DNA of 63,999 bases, filler included, from Octopus bimaculoides (Eukaryota): NCBI RefSeq assembly GCF_001194135.2. It is 8 parts of 6 records of this genome, joined end to end, with 100 filler letters (N's around TTAATTAATTAA, not from the genome) between each part and the next. Parts side by side here need not be neighbours in the genome. Positions count along the whole stretch, not along the records: positions 1 to 12,788 come from NC_068995.1; positions 12,889 to 24,336 come from NC_068981.1; 6 more parts are not named here. One strand, given 5' to 3'. The position numbers and the translations under genes were made by a program. Under the pieces are notes generated by a model. It searched no databases. It was not told where the DNA came from and was given only the letters and a program-made list of their open reading frames with translations. Positions 12,420 to 24,436 of the stretch are shown piece after piece (within the stretch, counting starts at the first letter, position 1; each line of letters starts with the position of its first letter).

Positions 12420-12578
12420 CATGTTGTAGTGTGGTTGGCATAAGAAAGGGCATCCAATTGTAAAAAAAAAATGCGCCTGAGCAGACATTGGAGCTTGATG
12501 AAGCACTTGGACACAGCAGATCCTGTCAAACTGTTGAAACCATGCCAGCATGTAACATAGACATTAAATAATGATGGT
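12420..12578 (+). mobile_element. Decayed RTE 3'-tail fragment
   Basis: TGGTTGGCATAAGAAAGGGCATCCAATTGTA...CCATGCCAGCATG..ACATAGACATTAAATAATGATG matches the 8499-8647 tail. Confidence 0.7.
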
Positions 12579-12583
12579 AATTA

Positions 12584-12788
12584 TCTATATATATAAAAAT
12601 GAGAATGTGTGTCTGTCTGTCTGTCTGTCTGTGTGAATCCCTAAAACTCGAGAACTACACAACCAATTTCATTCAAATTTTACACATGCCTTACTTAGGG
12701 TTCCAGTTGTGTTTTAGTCAAAAAAAATTATTAACTTCTTGCAGAGTTCGAGCACACGGCAACATAATATCTCCTCCACTATTTAAGT
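12584..12788 (+). mobile_element. Non-autonomous Helitron 5' portion
   Basis: A|TCTATATATATAAAAATGAG, a (CTGT)n tract and CCAATTTCATTCAAATTTTACAC, typical of non-autonomous Helitron 5' ends. Truncated by an assembly spacer. Confidence 0.65.
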
Positions 12789-12888
12789 NNNNNNNNNNNN
12801 NNNNNNNNNNNNNNNNNNNNNNNNNNNNNNNNTTAATTAATTAANNNNNNNNNNNNNNNNNNNNNNNNNNNNNNNNNNNNNNNNNNNN
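12789..12888. other. Assembly spacer 44N-TTAATTAATTAA-44N (artefact; first of 7)
   Basis: Exactly 100 bp. Identical blocks at 24337-24436, 29614-29713, 55841-55940, 58983-59082, 61204-61303 and 62729-62828. Confidence 0.95.
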
Positions 12889-13883
12889 CCATCTACCAAA
12901 TATTTAGTAGGATTAGAATTTTGAATTTCAGTCTTCTGTTATCTGTCCTTCCACAATTCTAAACCTGCCAGATCCATTCTTTGCAGCAATAGAACAAGGT
13001 TTCTGAAAATGTGAACAGATTGCTTATATAGTAAGGCAAAGAAACAGTTTTTCTTTTTCGGTAGCTTGTAGATATCAGTTTCACATAGAAAAACTGCTTG
13101 ATCTTTGAATATTCAACCAGCATATAATTATTTTTCTTTGAAGTTATGTCTAACTTAAAAGCAAAAAAAAAAAAAAATATGATTTAATCGAGCTAACCCA
13201 CGTAGTAATTAAAACTATAAACGCAAGAACTTTTAATTCAAACATTAAAAGGAACTTTCTGTACACTTCTATTTGAAGAGAACATAAAAGTACACTCCTT
13301 TACATTTTAAATGCTTTTTCCTGATCCTTCTATTGTAAAGGACAATTCAATTTTATTTTATTTACGTACAGTTCAAGCTCTCCTGTCTTATCTGAGTAAT
13401 TACTTCCAAAGTAATTACTTCTGGAGTGGGAGGGTTTTTTTTTTTCATACATGTAACTCTAAAATGAAGGCTTTTCTTTAAAAATGCTTTTAAGAACGTA
13501 TAATCAAAGGATTTCAGCGCTTTTAGCAAACAGCTTAAATGATATCCGTTAAGCTGCTGCTGATGGTCATATATGTTTGATATACTTCTTTGCCTATGTC
13601 TCTTACATCTTGTGAGATCCCGTTGTTCCATGTTGCCTCTCGTTCTCGTAGGGTTGTACCTGTTAAAGGGGTCTTGGTTTATGATGGTTTTATTCTGTAT
13701 ACTATAACATTCATTGATATTGCGTGAATGTCTTTTATTGGGATTCTAATTGTGGCTAACGTAATATTTATTGAAGGGTTTTGTAGTTTAGGGACGCTTT
13801 GTTGCACATATATTATATTTTAACGTGCCACTTTACGAAAATATTTTAAGCTTTTTCTTTTTGCACGGGAGTGTGAGGAAGTA

Positions 13884-14023
13884 GACATGGTTGGATGGTA
13901 AAGAAGCTTGCTTCGCAACCATGTAATTTCGGTTCAGTGCGCGCCATCTTGGGCAAGTGTCTTCTACATATAACCCTGGGTCAACCAATGTTTTTTGAGC
14001 AAATTTGGTGAACAGAAACTATA
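13884..14023 (+). mobile_element. SINE family A head, diverged
   Basis: TGGTAAAGAAGCTTGCTTCGCAACCATGT..CGGTTCAGT..TTGGGCAAGTGTCTTCTAC...AACAGAAACT matches the other family A copies. Confidence 0.75.
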
Positions 14024-14419
14024 ATCATATATGTATATTTGTATTTGTCTCTCAACCTCCGTAACTTTGCAGTTCATCAAAAAAAAAACATTTTGGTCAT
14101 ACTGCATTCATACATATGCATGTGTTGTGTTGTGTGTGCATAAGTATGCACGCAAACGTACATATGATCGTGTCTGCGTACACGAATTCATATCCCGCTA
14201 TATTTAGTCTCGCTTATATTGTAGCTTTTCCGGCAGGATGGAACCGATTGATCTGTTTTAGTGTCATTTAACAATTCACTAATATTCCTTTCTCATTTCA
14301 AAACCGTTGATAACAGTAGTGACTCGATATTTATTATTTGTAAAGAAAACTTGTGACTGGCAAAGCTTATTTACATAATAGTACTATTAGCACTATCAAC
14401 CTCATCAATTTTACATGTT

Positions 14420-14748
14420 TTCCATATCGGCGTGAGTTGGATGAGTCGTCACGATCCGAGTCTTATTTGGAGTTACTATCCTCTGAGACGGCTTGGAGGA
14501 TCACATTCCTCTCGCACATACCATTTTTGTACGGTTTCAGTGACTAGACATATTTTAAGATCAGAACTTATCTCCAGCTCCTGGCGGTCCAAACTGGATA
14601 TGCAATCTATGTGGATATCTTTTCAAAACATTGTCTGGTTTAAAAAGTCACATCGGATGCCATGATGGTTTTAAAGTGTAGGTGGAGGAGTTGGTCAAAC
14701 TCTGCATAAGGAATAGACAACCACCATATGTATGTATGTATGTATGTA
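14420..14748 (+). mobile_element. 3' remnant of an RTE/BovB-like LINE with C-terminal C2H2 finger and (TATG)n tail
   Basis: The frame at 14595 reads WICNLCGYLFKTLSGLKSHIGCHDGFKV* (CX2CX12HX3H), followed by a short UTR and (TATG)n. Family assignment is inferred from the finger position. Confidence 0.55.
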
Positions 14749-14761
14749 TCAGAGGTAGCAG

Positions 14762-15425
14762 AGCAGAGGCCAAAAATCTCTCTGACCTCGCACATCAGCA
14801 AATCATGGAACGAATAGTTAGAAGACTAAGCACCTTCCTTGAGGAAAATGACTTGCTGACTGACACCCAGCATGGTTTCCGACCACTAAGAAGCTGCCTA
14901 ACTCAGCTCTTACAACATTGTGACTGCACCTCAGCCACTCAAATGTTGATGTAATATATCTCGACTTTGCAAAGGTCTTCGACTAAGTTGATCGTGGGAT
15001 TATATATCACAAACTGCATGATCTCGGCATAGTCGGGAAATTGGGAAAATGACTGCATGTCTTTCTAAAAGATAGAAGTCAAGCAGTAGTAGACAATGGG
15101 GTCATCTCCAGTGACACGCAAATGGTGAGCGGTGTTCCACAAGCCATGTTTTGGGACCACTACTGTTTATAATGGTCCTCTCAGATATACCTTCAGCCAC
15201 ACAGAAAGCCACGATCACAAGTTATGCAGATGATACAGAAGTCTGACAGGTGATACAGAACCCTGAAGATGTTATGCACCTGCAACATGAGTTAGATGAA
15301 ATATACAAGTGGGTTAAGACGAATAACATGCAGTTTAATTTTGAAAAGTTTCGAGCCTTATGCTATCGGCATGAAAAACTAAATACAATGCTAATAAAAT
15401 ACACTGGGCCTGGAGGGATTGCAAT
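14762..15425 (+). pseudogene. CR1/Jockey-group LINE reverse transcriptase fragment, decayed
   Basis: IMERIV...LEENDLLTDTQHGFRPLRSCLTQLL...VIYLDFAKVFD*VD...SGVPQ..VLGPLLF...SYADDT...WVKTNNMQFNFEKF, with stops and frameshifts. Confidence 0.9.
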
Positions 15426-16319
15426 AAATGTTATCCCATCATCAGAGATGATATGAGAGAGTTAAATAGAAGGAAATGGTAGAGTTAAATATAAGAAGTT
15501 ATTTTGGAAAGGGAGAGATATAGGGAGTTTAAAGGGAAATATGAGAATAAAGATAAAAATATATCTTTGATGTTGCAGTTGAAGTTGCATTATCCAAAGA
15601 AAGTGCTGTGTAGAATGGGTAAAGAGACTTCTTGTCCATGGTATATAAATTCCGATAGGAGTTCATATTTTTCTTATTACAAATAGATAGTGTGCAGATA
15701 TTAATGCCATGTGCTGTTCATTCAAAGGGGTCTTGTAGTGTAAATGAAATTTTGAGAATATACTGGTAAGGGGGAGTAGATAGAGAGAAGGGAATAGGTA
15801 TGTTAGAAGGAGGAAAATGGTATCGGTCAAAAGAATTGTGGGAGGAAAAAAGAAAGAAAGAATAGAAAATGAAAAACGGTGTGCTAGATGGTGAGGGGTG
15901 GGGAAAGGAGAGCTATCAGTAGGTAAAAGAAATAGGAGGGATAGAAGGAAGAAATGAGAATGTAAGGAAGGAATATGTGTGAGAAGTAGAAGGTGGGGGT
16001 GATATATTTGAAAGGCATAAAGGTGGAGAGATAGATAAAGAATGAGGTACGGGGGTGGGGTACTAAAAGTGAGTAGTAAACCTCAAAAAGCAAGGGAAGA
16101 ATAAGACATTATGGTCAAGTTTCTATAAGTAGACTTAGGGAATTATTGTATTAGCTAATGTGAGATTGGGGGCTGATAAATCAGTGAGAGAAAGATATGT
16201 ATATGGATATACGCTCACGCGCACACATATACATAAATGTGTATAAATACACTATTATTATTATATAGGGCCGCATACTCGCACACATACACCTATATAT
16301 GTAACTATACACATAAGCA

Positions 16320-16389
<70 letters not shown>

Positions 16390-16460
16390 TACATACGCAT
16401 ATATGGGTACAGGACATCTCCAACAGTAAACAACATGAGATACGAAAACAAATCAGTTCA

Positions 16461-16764
16461 ATACGCAAACAACGAGAGAAACAAATGGAAAACATGACAA
16501 GTAACATAAAAAAAAACGAGCCGTCATCAGTTGTTTGCTGTCCATTTACTCCTCATTTCGAGCATTGAACGACAATATGAGTCTTCGAAGACAGTTGCTC
16601 CCATAAGTACCAACATAGAATTTAGGATTTATGGAGGGTCAAAGTTGGGAACAAAAGCAGGATAATGGCGACGATGCGACTCTGTACTGTTTTTCTTCCC
16701 CATCGTTTTCTCTCTCATCTTTTCTCTAATTCCTTTTTGTCTCGCTTTCATCGTTTTCTATCTG

Positions 16765-16807
<43 letters not shown>

Positions 16808-17252
16808 TTCTCTCTCCCTTTCTTTCCCTTGTTCTCTCTCTCGTTGCTCGCACGTGTCCATCATCCGTCTTTCTTTTCCTCACGTGATCATCTTTTCTTT
16901 CAGGACTGTCATAAGGACTGAACTATCCTGTCTCTCTCTCCTACCTTTTCTCTTGTCAGAGAAAATATTTCCCCAGCTTTCCCTATTTTACCCTCGTTCT
17001 GGTCTAACGACCCTCCATGTTTGTTTTCGTTCGGTTTTCTTGTAAGTCTCCACTGTCCTGTTTTTGTTCCCAACTTTGACACTCCATAAATCCTAAATTA
17101 TATTTTGGTACTTATGGGAGCAATTGTCTTTGAAGACACATTGTCGTTCAGTGCTCGAAATGAGGAGCAGATAGACAGCCAACAACTGATGAAGGGTCGT
17201 TCTTTATGTTATTTATCCTGTTATTCATTTGTTTCTCTCGTTGTTTGCGTAT
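16461..17252. mobile_element. Fold-back non-autonomous element with about 200-bp inverted arms and a (CT)n-containing spacer
   Basis: 16461-16662 is the diverged reverse complement of 17056-17252, e.g. GTTGCTCCCATAAGTACC / GGTACTTATGGGAGCAAT. TA/TG microsatellites lie on both sides. Confidence 0.8.
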
Positions 17253-17385
17253 GTGTGTATATATATATATATATATGTATGTATATATATATATGTATGT
17301 ATATGTGTGTGTATGTATATGTGTGTGTATGTATATATATAATATATGTATATATGTACATATGTATGCATATATGTATGTATAT

Positions 17386-17432
<47 letters not shown>

Positions 17433-17858
17433 TGTGTAGCAATAAATCTTTAACACTAATGTTCGCCAGATTCCATTGAGCGAACATATAGAAATATGTG
17501 GTCAGAAAATGTTGCTTATTTTTTCTTTCCACAAACTCATGACACAAGTGAATTTGGAAGAAAGATAAAAAAAAGAAAAATGGTTTATTAAAATGTTCAA
17601 ACCTATTCTGAACGGAAATAACAACAATAATATAACAACCAGTGAATGATGTGGGTTACAAAAATATCTTTAACATGTAAATATAAATACATTATAGAAA
17701 ACTCCCACCAATTGAAATGTAAACGATCGAAACCAACTAAGTTTGCTCACTCATAAAACCATTACATGTAAACCGCAAACTAATTGATTAAAATAAAGGC
17801 AGGGTTTATGCCAGTAATATCGGTACGTCCTGCAAATCGTGGCATTTAAGCTGCATAC

Positions 17859-17904
17859 TGATTGGTCAAAACCGTATTCGAAATATTCAGCTTGCTGGAG
17901 CCTT
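17859..17904 (-). CDS. Candidate internal exon of an unidentified host gene
   Basis: Strong acceptor CTGAC-TTCTTCCATTTCATACCTTTTAG with the branch A at about -25, and donor TCA|GTATGC. Open in phase 2 (RLQQAEYFEYGFDQS) and phase 1 (GSSKLNISNTVLTN). No homology recognised. Confidence 0.3.
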
Positions 17905-18533
17905 CTAAAAGGTATGAAATGGAAGAAGTCAGTCATTTTACTACAGTTGTCAAGAACTCAACTGTCATTTTGAAATCTGATGATTTCTACGAACGTATGA
18001 AAGCGCTAATGCAGCCTAACATTACAAAATATTTTTTCAATGTTTGATACACTTCAACATTGTAAAAGAATTGTTTTTAATACAATAATAAAAAGTGAGA
18101 AAACCAGACCATGTTGTAACTTTATTCAACTGATATATTATTCCATACACATTTACACAAATTTGGAACTGGTTAAAATTCTATTCATTTATTTGTGCAG
18201 CTGATGATGACACTGCGTTTGAATTGATGTAATGATTGCATTGTTGAATAAAATGGAGTTACTTGAAACGGTTGTACTACATGACTACTTGATTTCCTGT
18301 TACTTATTTTAATTACATATATGTATGTATGCATTTTAACTCTTATTTTCGTATAAGCGGTTCTAGTCAGCACCCTCTGTCACTTTTCTGACCTATATTA
18401 ATTTTGCCTTCAGGTTCTAATTGCTAATAAGCCACCCTTTTAATTTGTTGTATACACGTTTACCGTTTTGAAAATCAGCACGTTTTAATCGGTTTTTCTT
18501 ATAAGATTAAGAAAGGAAATTCGGTTTAACCCT

Positions 18534-18598
18534 AGTCCAATGGCTGAAAACTCATTAGCGACTCTTAACGCCGCTGATGAGTTTTCAGCCATTGGACT
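18534..18598. other. 65-nt near-perfect hairpin (27-bp stem, 11-nt loop)
   Basis: AGTCCAATGGCTGAAAACTCATTAGCG-actcttaacgc-CGCTGATGAGTTTTCAGCCATTGGACT. On the + strand the only non-Watson-Crick position is a U-G wobble. Confidence 0.85.
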
Positions 18599-18676
18599 GT
18601 GGCCACTCTGGGGCAACGCCATGAAGGGTTTAGTCGAACAGATCGACCTAAGTACTTCTTTTAAGTTTTTGCCGAA

Positions 18677-18722
<46 letters not shown>

Positions 18723-18885
18723 CACGCTTCCACACAGTTTCCATCTACCAAATTTACTCACAATTCATTGATTGGCTCAGATTTATAATAAAAGACACTT
18801 GTCCAAAGTGCCGCGCAGTGAAACTGAACCCGAAATCACTTCTGATACAAAGCTAGCCTGTTAACCATACAGCCATGCCTGCGCT
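18590..18885 (-). mobile_element. SINE family A (tail, (CA)n, head)
   Basis: Tail GGACTGTGGCC..TTTAGTCGAACAGATCGACC, internal (CA)n, and head AAGACACTTGTCCAAAGTGCCGCGCAGTGAAACTGAACCCG. Confidence 0.8.
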
Positions 18886-19853
18886 TAATGGCGCCGACAA
18901 CATTTTTTTCTTTCGATTTCCATTGTACTACTACGTCAAGATGTTTCTGAACCACTGGCGTTGATTAAGTCAAGAAGCATGCGTANNNNNNNNNNNNNNN
19001 NNNNNNNNNNNNNNNNNNNNNNNNNNNNNNNNNNNNNNNNNNNNNNNNNNNNNNNNNNNNNNNNNNNNNNNNNNNNNNNNNNNNNNNNNNNNNNNNNNNN
19101 NNNNNNNNNNNNNNNNNNNNNNNNNNNNNNNNNNNNNNNNNNNNNNNNNNNNNNNNNNNNNNNNNNNNNNNNNNNNNNNNNNNNNNNNNNNNNNNNNNNN
19201 NNNNNNNNNNNNNNNNNNNNNNNNNNNNNNNNNNNNNNNNNNNNNNNNNNNNNNNNNNNNNNNNNNNNNNNNNNNNNNNNNNNNNNNNNNNNNNNNNNNN
19301 NNNNNNNNNNNNNNNNNNNNNNNNNNNNNNNNNNNNNNNNNNNNNNNNNNNNNNNNNNNNNNNNNNNNNNNNNNNNNNNNNNNNNNNNNNNNNNNNNNNN
19401 NNNNNNNNNNNNNNNNNNNNNNNNNNNNNNNNNNNNNNNNNNNNNNNNNNNNNNNNNNNNNNNNNNNNNNNNNNNNNNNNNNNNNNNNNNNNNNNNNNNN
19501 NATATATATATATATATATATATAGACTCGACTGAAGAGCGCTGTAGTTTGTTTGAAGCACTGTAGTACGGAAGATGCATCGTTAGAGGCTTCTCTCATT
19601 TCTTTTATTATAAACTCGACTAATATATTATTTACACCCAGTTGTTATTTGCACTGTTTCCGTATCCCTTCGTTCGACATTTTGCATTTGGTCCAGTCTG
19701 AACTCTCATCTGTATCTTATCTATAAAAGGCATCTATTATATAAGCCGTGTTTTTGACGTTCCCTTGCCTATTTTATATAAATGTGTGGGTGTGTGTGTA
19801 AATTTGACGTCATGAGAGTTTATAAGCTTTCGAGAAAACGTGGAATAATTCCT

Positions 19854-19955
19854 TTTTGGAACTGGTTTTCAAAGTACGCATAAAGCTATCAATAATAGCA
19901 TGTGAATGTTATCTTATTTATAGCTTTATGCGTACTTCGAGCACCAATTCCAAAA
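19854..19955. other. 102-nt fold-back hairpin with 4-nt loop (mini-MITE or pre-miRNA-like)
   Basis: TTTTGGAACTGGTTTTCAAAGTACGCATAAAGCTATCAATAATAGCAT-gtga-ATGTTATCTTATTTATAGCTTTATGCGTACTTCGAGCACCAATTCCAAAA. Confidence 0.8.
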
Positions 19956-20062
19956 TATATCATGTGTTCGATTCGGAAATAAAGCGTGAGTAGATGCTTA
20001 TTTACAAATCCGGAAATACTGAAATCGAATTATTCAGAAAATCATTTCTCTCTCTTTATCTC

Positions 20063-20111
<49 letters not shown>

Positions 20112-20224
20112 GTAGTTCAAACACTCATATCGATGTTAATATATTTTGCATAATAATCTCAATTTTTGAAAACAAAAACGCAAACGTCATTGAATTGTCT
20201 AAAGTAACAAAGAATAAGGCTTCA

Positions 20225-20520
20225 AATATGTACCTTGTTTCAGTCATTGGACTAAGGCCATGCTGCAGCACCCCCTTGAAGAATTTAGTCGAACAAATGG
20301 ACCGCATTCCTTATTTTTTATGTTTGGCACTTATCCTATCGATCTCTTTTACCGAATCGCTTTGTTACGGGGACATAAATAAATCAACACCGGTTGTCAA
20401 GCGATGGTGGGAAAGACGAACTCAACCAGGAAGACACACACAGTTTCCGTTTATCAAGTTCACTCTCATGTCATTAGTCGATCTGAAGCTATAAGGGATG
20501 ACACTTGCCGAATGCACGTG
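20225..20520 (-). mobile_element. SINE family A, diverged
   Basis: TTGTTTCAGTCATTGGACT..GCCATGCTGCAGCACC..TTTAGTCGAAC..CAACACCGGTTGTCAAGCGATGGTGG..CAGTTTCCGTTTATCAAG. Confidence 0.8.
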
Positions 20521-20825
20521 TTTGCAGTGCTATCTCCTTAACTTTTATTTATTAATGAGTGATTAATAAAAAATTTCAAACAAAAGTGTAGTGGGTTCTT
20601 CGTCGGTTTCGACGACGTACATCCTGTTGTGTGGCCAACGGAAAACTTCCACGTGAAATTAACATTATGTAGATGTATGTTGTGCAGACACGGGTACTAT
20701 TTCATGTAATTCTCAGGTGCGACGGTACAACATGGCTCTGGTACATTAAAAGTGTTTTGCTTTAATGCTATATTCCACTACAGAATATATTTATAGGTTT
20801 TAGCCAACACTATGTATACAAAATA

Positions 20826-21047
20826 TGTGGAGGCACGTAGCATAGTGGTTAGGGTGTCCATGGTGTCGCCCTCATGATCGTAAGAGTGTGGTTTCAGTTG
20901 CTGTATTGGGCAAAACACTTCATTTCACGTTCCAGTTTAAATGAATAATCCTGCGATGGACCAGCTGCCCATCCATTGACTGGGGAATATATACGCGATA
21001 ATACCCGGAAAACCAACCTTATAACCCTATGGCTCAGGAAGGACCTT
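20826..21047 (+). mobile_element. tRNA-derived SINE of another family, diverged
   Basis: GTGGAGGCACGTAGCATAGTGGTTAGGG A-box-like head, TTGGGCAAAACACTTCATTTCAC body and ATCCTGCGATGGACCAGC..CCATCC tail. A related minus-strand piece lies at about 29925-30030. Confidence 0.65.
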
Positions 21048-21309
21048 TGTTTTTTTGTTTTTTTTGTTCTTTGTTTTTTGTTTATATATACAATTTAGGG
21101 TGCTATTTTGGCATGCGGTATACAAGCGTATTTAGTCTACGCTTTAATATGAACTGATGTAGTTTAGTGTTAGGGTTAGATTGTACGCTAGTGTATATGG
21201 CCAAGGACACCGCACGCTAAGATGGCATCCACCATAGTCAAGAAGCTCTTTACATTTTGTTGCTCGGCGTCCCCCCTTTCACGGTGTTGTATTTTGCAAA
21301 TATCCCTTT

Positions 21310-21347
<38 letters not shown>

Positions 21348-21349
21348 TG

Positions 21350-21560
21350 CTTTCTACAAGGGGCACAAGGCCTGAAATTTGGGTGAGAGGGATAGTCGGA
21401 TTACATCGACCCCAGTGTTTCACTGGTACTTAATTTATCGACCCCAAAAGGATGAAAGGCAAAGTCGACCTTGGCGGAATTTGACCTCAGAACGTAGCGA
21501 CGGGTAAAAATACTGCTAAGCATTTCGTCCAGCGTGCTAACGATTCTGCCAGCTCGTCCC
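21350..21560 (-). mobile_element. SINE family B following an (AAT)n run
   Basis: Reverse complement of GCTGGCAGAATCGTTAGCACG..AATGCTTAGC..TTCTGAGGTCAAATTCCGCCAAGGTCGACTTTGCCTTTCATCCTTTTGGGGTCGATAAATTAAGTACCAG. The central motif resembles the Nin/Deu SINE domain (from recall, unverified). Confidence 0.85.
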
Positions 21561-21714
21561 ATTGATGATGATGATGATGATGATGATGATAACAAAACAA
21601 AAAAACAAGCGGCCTGAGAAAATTTTAATCAATCAAATTTTGCCCATTGATTTCTTATTTCTTATAGTACCCCATGCAGTACCTCATTTTTATATATTTT
21701 ATATATTTCATAGG

Positions 21715-21985
21715 CTTGGCTGTGTGGTTAAAGAAGCTCAGTTTGCAACCATGTGGTTTCGGCTTCAGTCCCACTGCACGGCAGGAAACTGTGTGTGTTT
21801 GTCCCCCAACTGGTCATAGTTTGTTTACGTGCTCATAACTGAGTTGTTCAGTAAAAGAGTACGATAGACTAAGTCCCAAACTTTACAACAAATACTAGGA
21901 TCTATTTATTCGAGTAAACCTTATATGGCGCAGCCCCAGCATAGCTACATTCCAGTGACTGAAACAACTAAAAAACGTAACAGGT
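21715..21985 (+). mobile_element. SINE family A, internally deleted and diverged
   Basis: GGCTGTGTGGTTAAAGAAGCTC..CAACCATGTGG..CAGTCCCACTGC head joined to a GTTTACGTGCTCATAACT..CCCCAGCAT..GACTGAAACAA tail. Confidence 0.75.
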
Positions 21986-22249
21986 AAAAATGCTAAATAA
22001 AAAGAATAAGAAAGATAAGGAATTACATAATGAAATTCTATTTGATTATGGTTGAATGTCAGTCATGTTTCTGTTCACCGATAACATCATGACCTATTCT
22101 AATCCTTCCAAAGATTATTTAATAATTTTGCTTAAAGATCTGTCATGTGTTAACGTTTACATTTATTTTTAAGAAAAATCACCACCCATCTAAACACTGA
22201 GTACCTCCACCATACCTCACCAGAGAGCGCTATTGCGGATGTAAAATAT

Positions 22250-22770
22250 TTTGTTTTTACGTGTGGTTAAGAAAAGCTCGATTTGCAGCCATGTGGTTTC
22301 GAGTTGTTTCATTATGCAGCACCGAGCTAACCAATGCCTTGTGAGTGAATTTGATAGGCAGAAACTGTGTAGAAGGCGGCGAGCTGGCAAAAACGTTAGC
22401 ACGCCGGGCGAAATGCTTAGCGGTATTTCGTTTGTCTTTAACGTTCTGAGTTCAAATCCCGCCGAGGTCGACTTTGTCTTTCATCCTTTCGGGGTCGATA
22501 GATTAAGTACCAGTTACGCAATGGAGGAGATGTAATCGATTTACTCCCTTTGTCTATCCTTGTTTGTCCCCTCTATGTTTAACCCCTTGTGGGCAATAAA
22601 GAAATAAGAAACTGTGTAGGAGCACAACACGCGCTCGGGCGTGTGTTTCTGTAAATGCCAGATTTTAAAAAATGCAGTACTTAAGTACTTGGAGTGATTT
22701 GTTCGACAAAACTCTTCAAGGCAGTGCCCCAGCATGACCGCGGTCAGTAACTGAAACAAATAAAAGATAA
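22250..22770 (+). mobile_element. SINE A head, SINE B insertion and SINE A tail (nested cluster)
   Basis: A-type head at 22255-22375, complete B copy at 22375-22620, and an A-type tail (GTTCGACAAA..GGCAGTGCCCCAGCATGACCG..ACTGAAACAA) at about 22690-22770. Confidence 0.7.
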
Positions 22771-23109
22771 ACGATATCTTCGTGGACAGAAAAAAAAACA
22801 GATATCGACTGGATTAGTTTTTGTCCTGTTAAATTTGTCCTGTTCACAGAGACACTATAAATCCGGTATTACTAATGGATTAATTAAATCAGATACTGAT
22901 TCCATTGATAATGCATTCTAGGCACATAGGTTGGCTAACAAGTAGCCGGTGCTTTAACAGTGTTTTGTTACAGATTGCTGTCCTGTACTGAAGATTTCAG
23001 CCAAAAAGGTGACTCGGTTACTGATGGCATCCCAACTTAGTATTGAAACTAGTCCCAGAGATAAGCTTTTTTCTTTTTTTTTTCACTGTTCACCAAGATA
23101 CCGTCTTTT

Positions 23110-23276
23110 ATTTTTTACTTGTTTTAGTCATTGGAGGGTTTTAGTCGAACAAATCAACCCTCAGTACTAATTTTTTAAAGTCAAGTACTTACCCTATCGG
23201 CTTTTTTGCCGAAGCGCTGTTGTGAGGATGTAAACAAACCAACACCGGTTGTCAAGCGTTGGCGCGGACACGTACG

Positions 23277-23335
<59 letters not shown>

Positions 23336-23510
23336 ACACAAATGATGGGCTTCTACATAGTTTCCGATTACCAAATTCATTCATAATGCATTGATTGGTT
23401 GACCCAGGATTATTGAGAAGACATTTGCCCTAGGTGCCGCGTAGTGAGATTGAGCCCGAAACCAATTGATTTCAAAGCGAACTTTTTAACTACACAACCA
23501 TACCTGCACC
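23110..23510 (-). mobile_element. SINE family A, complete tail-(CA)n-head structure
   Basis: Tail 23110-23275, (CA)n 23278-23340, head 23341-23510. Confidence 0.85.
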
Positions 23511-24295
23511 TACAGCACAAGTATTTTCTTTATCGCCCCCTGGAAGGATAAGAAAAAGCTATGTTATCCTCGGTGGGTTTGAACTCAGGTCGCAGAGAGT
23601 CGAGACTCTTAACTGACTGTCACTTCACCGTCTACAAGGACTATTGTTTGATCCACGAGAGGAGTGATGACCCCCCAAGTACTAGTTTTGTGAGTAACTC
23701 GCAGGATTTCTTGTTTGTTACTTATAAAAAAAAATCTGGTAAAGTCAATACTAGACAAACAATACAACTTTACTAAGTATAGACTTAATAAGATTACGTA
23801 TTTTGTGACTGAAGATAAAGAAGAAGAAAACATTATGAAATAAACATATTTAATGTGTTTTAATCTGTTTCCTTAGACAATTATATACGTTCGTATGGGT
23901 ATTTTAGTGTTACTGTATTTGCCCCCTCTTTTTTAAAGAGTAGGACATAATTTGGTGGGTGTTTGGTTGCTATTTTTAGCGGATTGACTGACCAGTTTTG
24001 TTGACTCGAACGTCTGAGGTTGTTATTAATAGCGAGATAAAGGACAAGCGAAGAGCAGGATTTAAGGAGAAAGAAAGAAAGAAACCCGGATGAATTACAT
24101 CATGTAATTTTCAGCCAATCCCATTTAGCTTCCTAGAAACTTGAATACCACAAATCATTTTCATACATCAGTTAATATTTCTCACAGTATGTATACACAT
24201 CCGCCTTTGCTGTACTTAATTAAAACAGCAAATCAAAAAGTTGTCAAGGTCAGATGATAGACTCCTGCTCTTTAAAGAAACCAACAATAGAGTGA

Positions 24296-24336
<41 letters not shown>

Positions 24337-24436
24337 NNNNNNNNNNNNNNNNNNNNNNNNNNNNNNNNNNNNNNNNNNNNTTAATTAATTAANNNNNNNN
24401 NNNNNNNNNNNNNNNNNNNNNNNNNNNNNNNNNNNN

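Noticed and set aside
14559-14681. C2H2 zinc finger as part of a host zinc-finger gene
   Set aside because: A single finger followed by a stop, short UTR and (TATG)n tail, with an upstream in-frame stop. It fits a LINE ORF C-terminus better than a tandem C2H2 gene.
15560-15790. Possible Penelope RT motif (LYTMDKKSLYP) on the minus strand; possible GIY-YIG end (LREREATW) near 13620
   Set aside because: Single short motifs in low-complexity or stop-ridden sequence; insufficient support.
17140-17205. Hammerhead in the fold-back arm (CTCGAAA...CTGATGAAGGG)
   Set aside because: The motif order and flanks do not allow stems II and III or an NUH site to form.
22972-23006. Plus-strand micro-exon candidates (here, and 42023-42053 with a 36-nt intron)
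   Set aside because: Isolated short matches expected by chance; the implied 36-nt intron is implausibly short.
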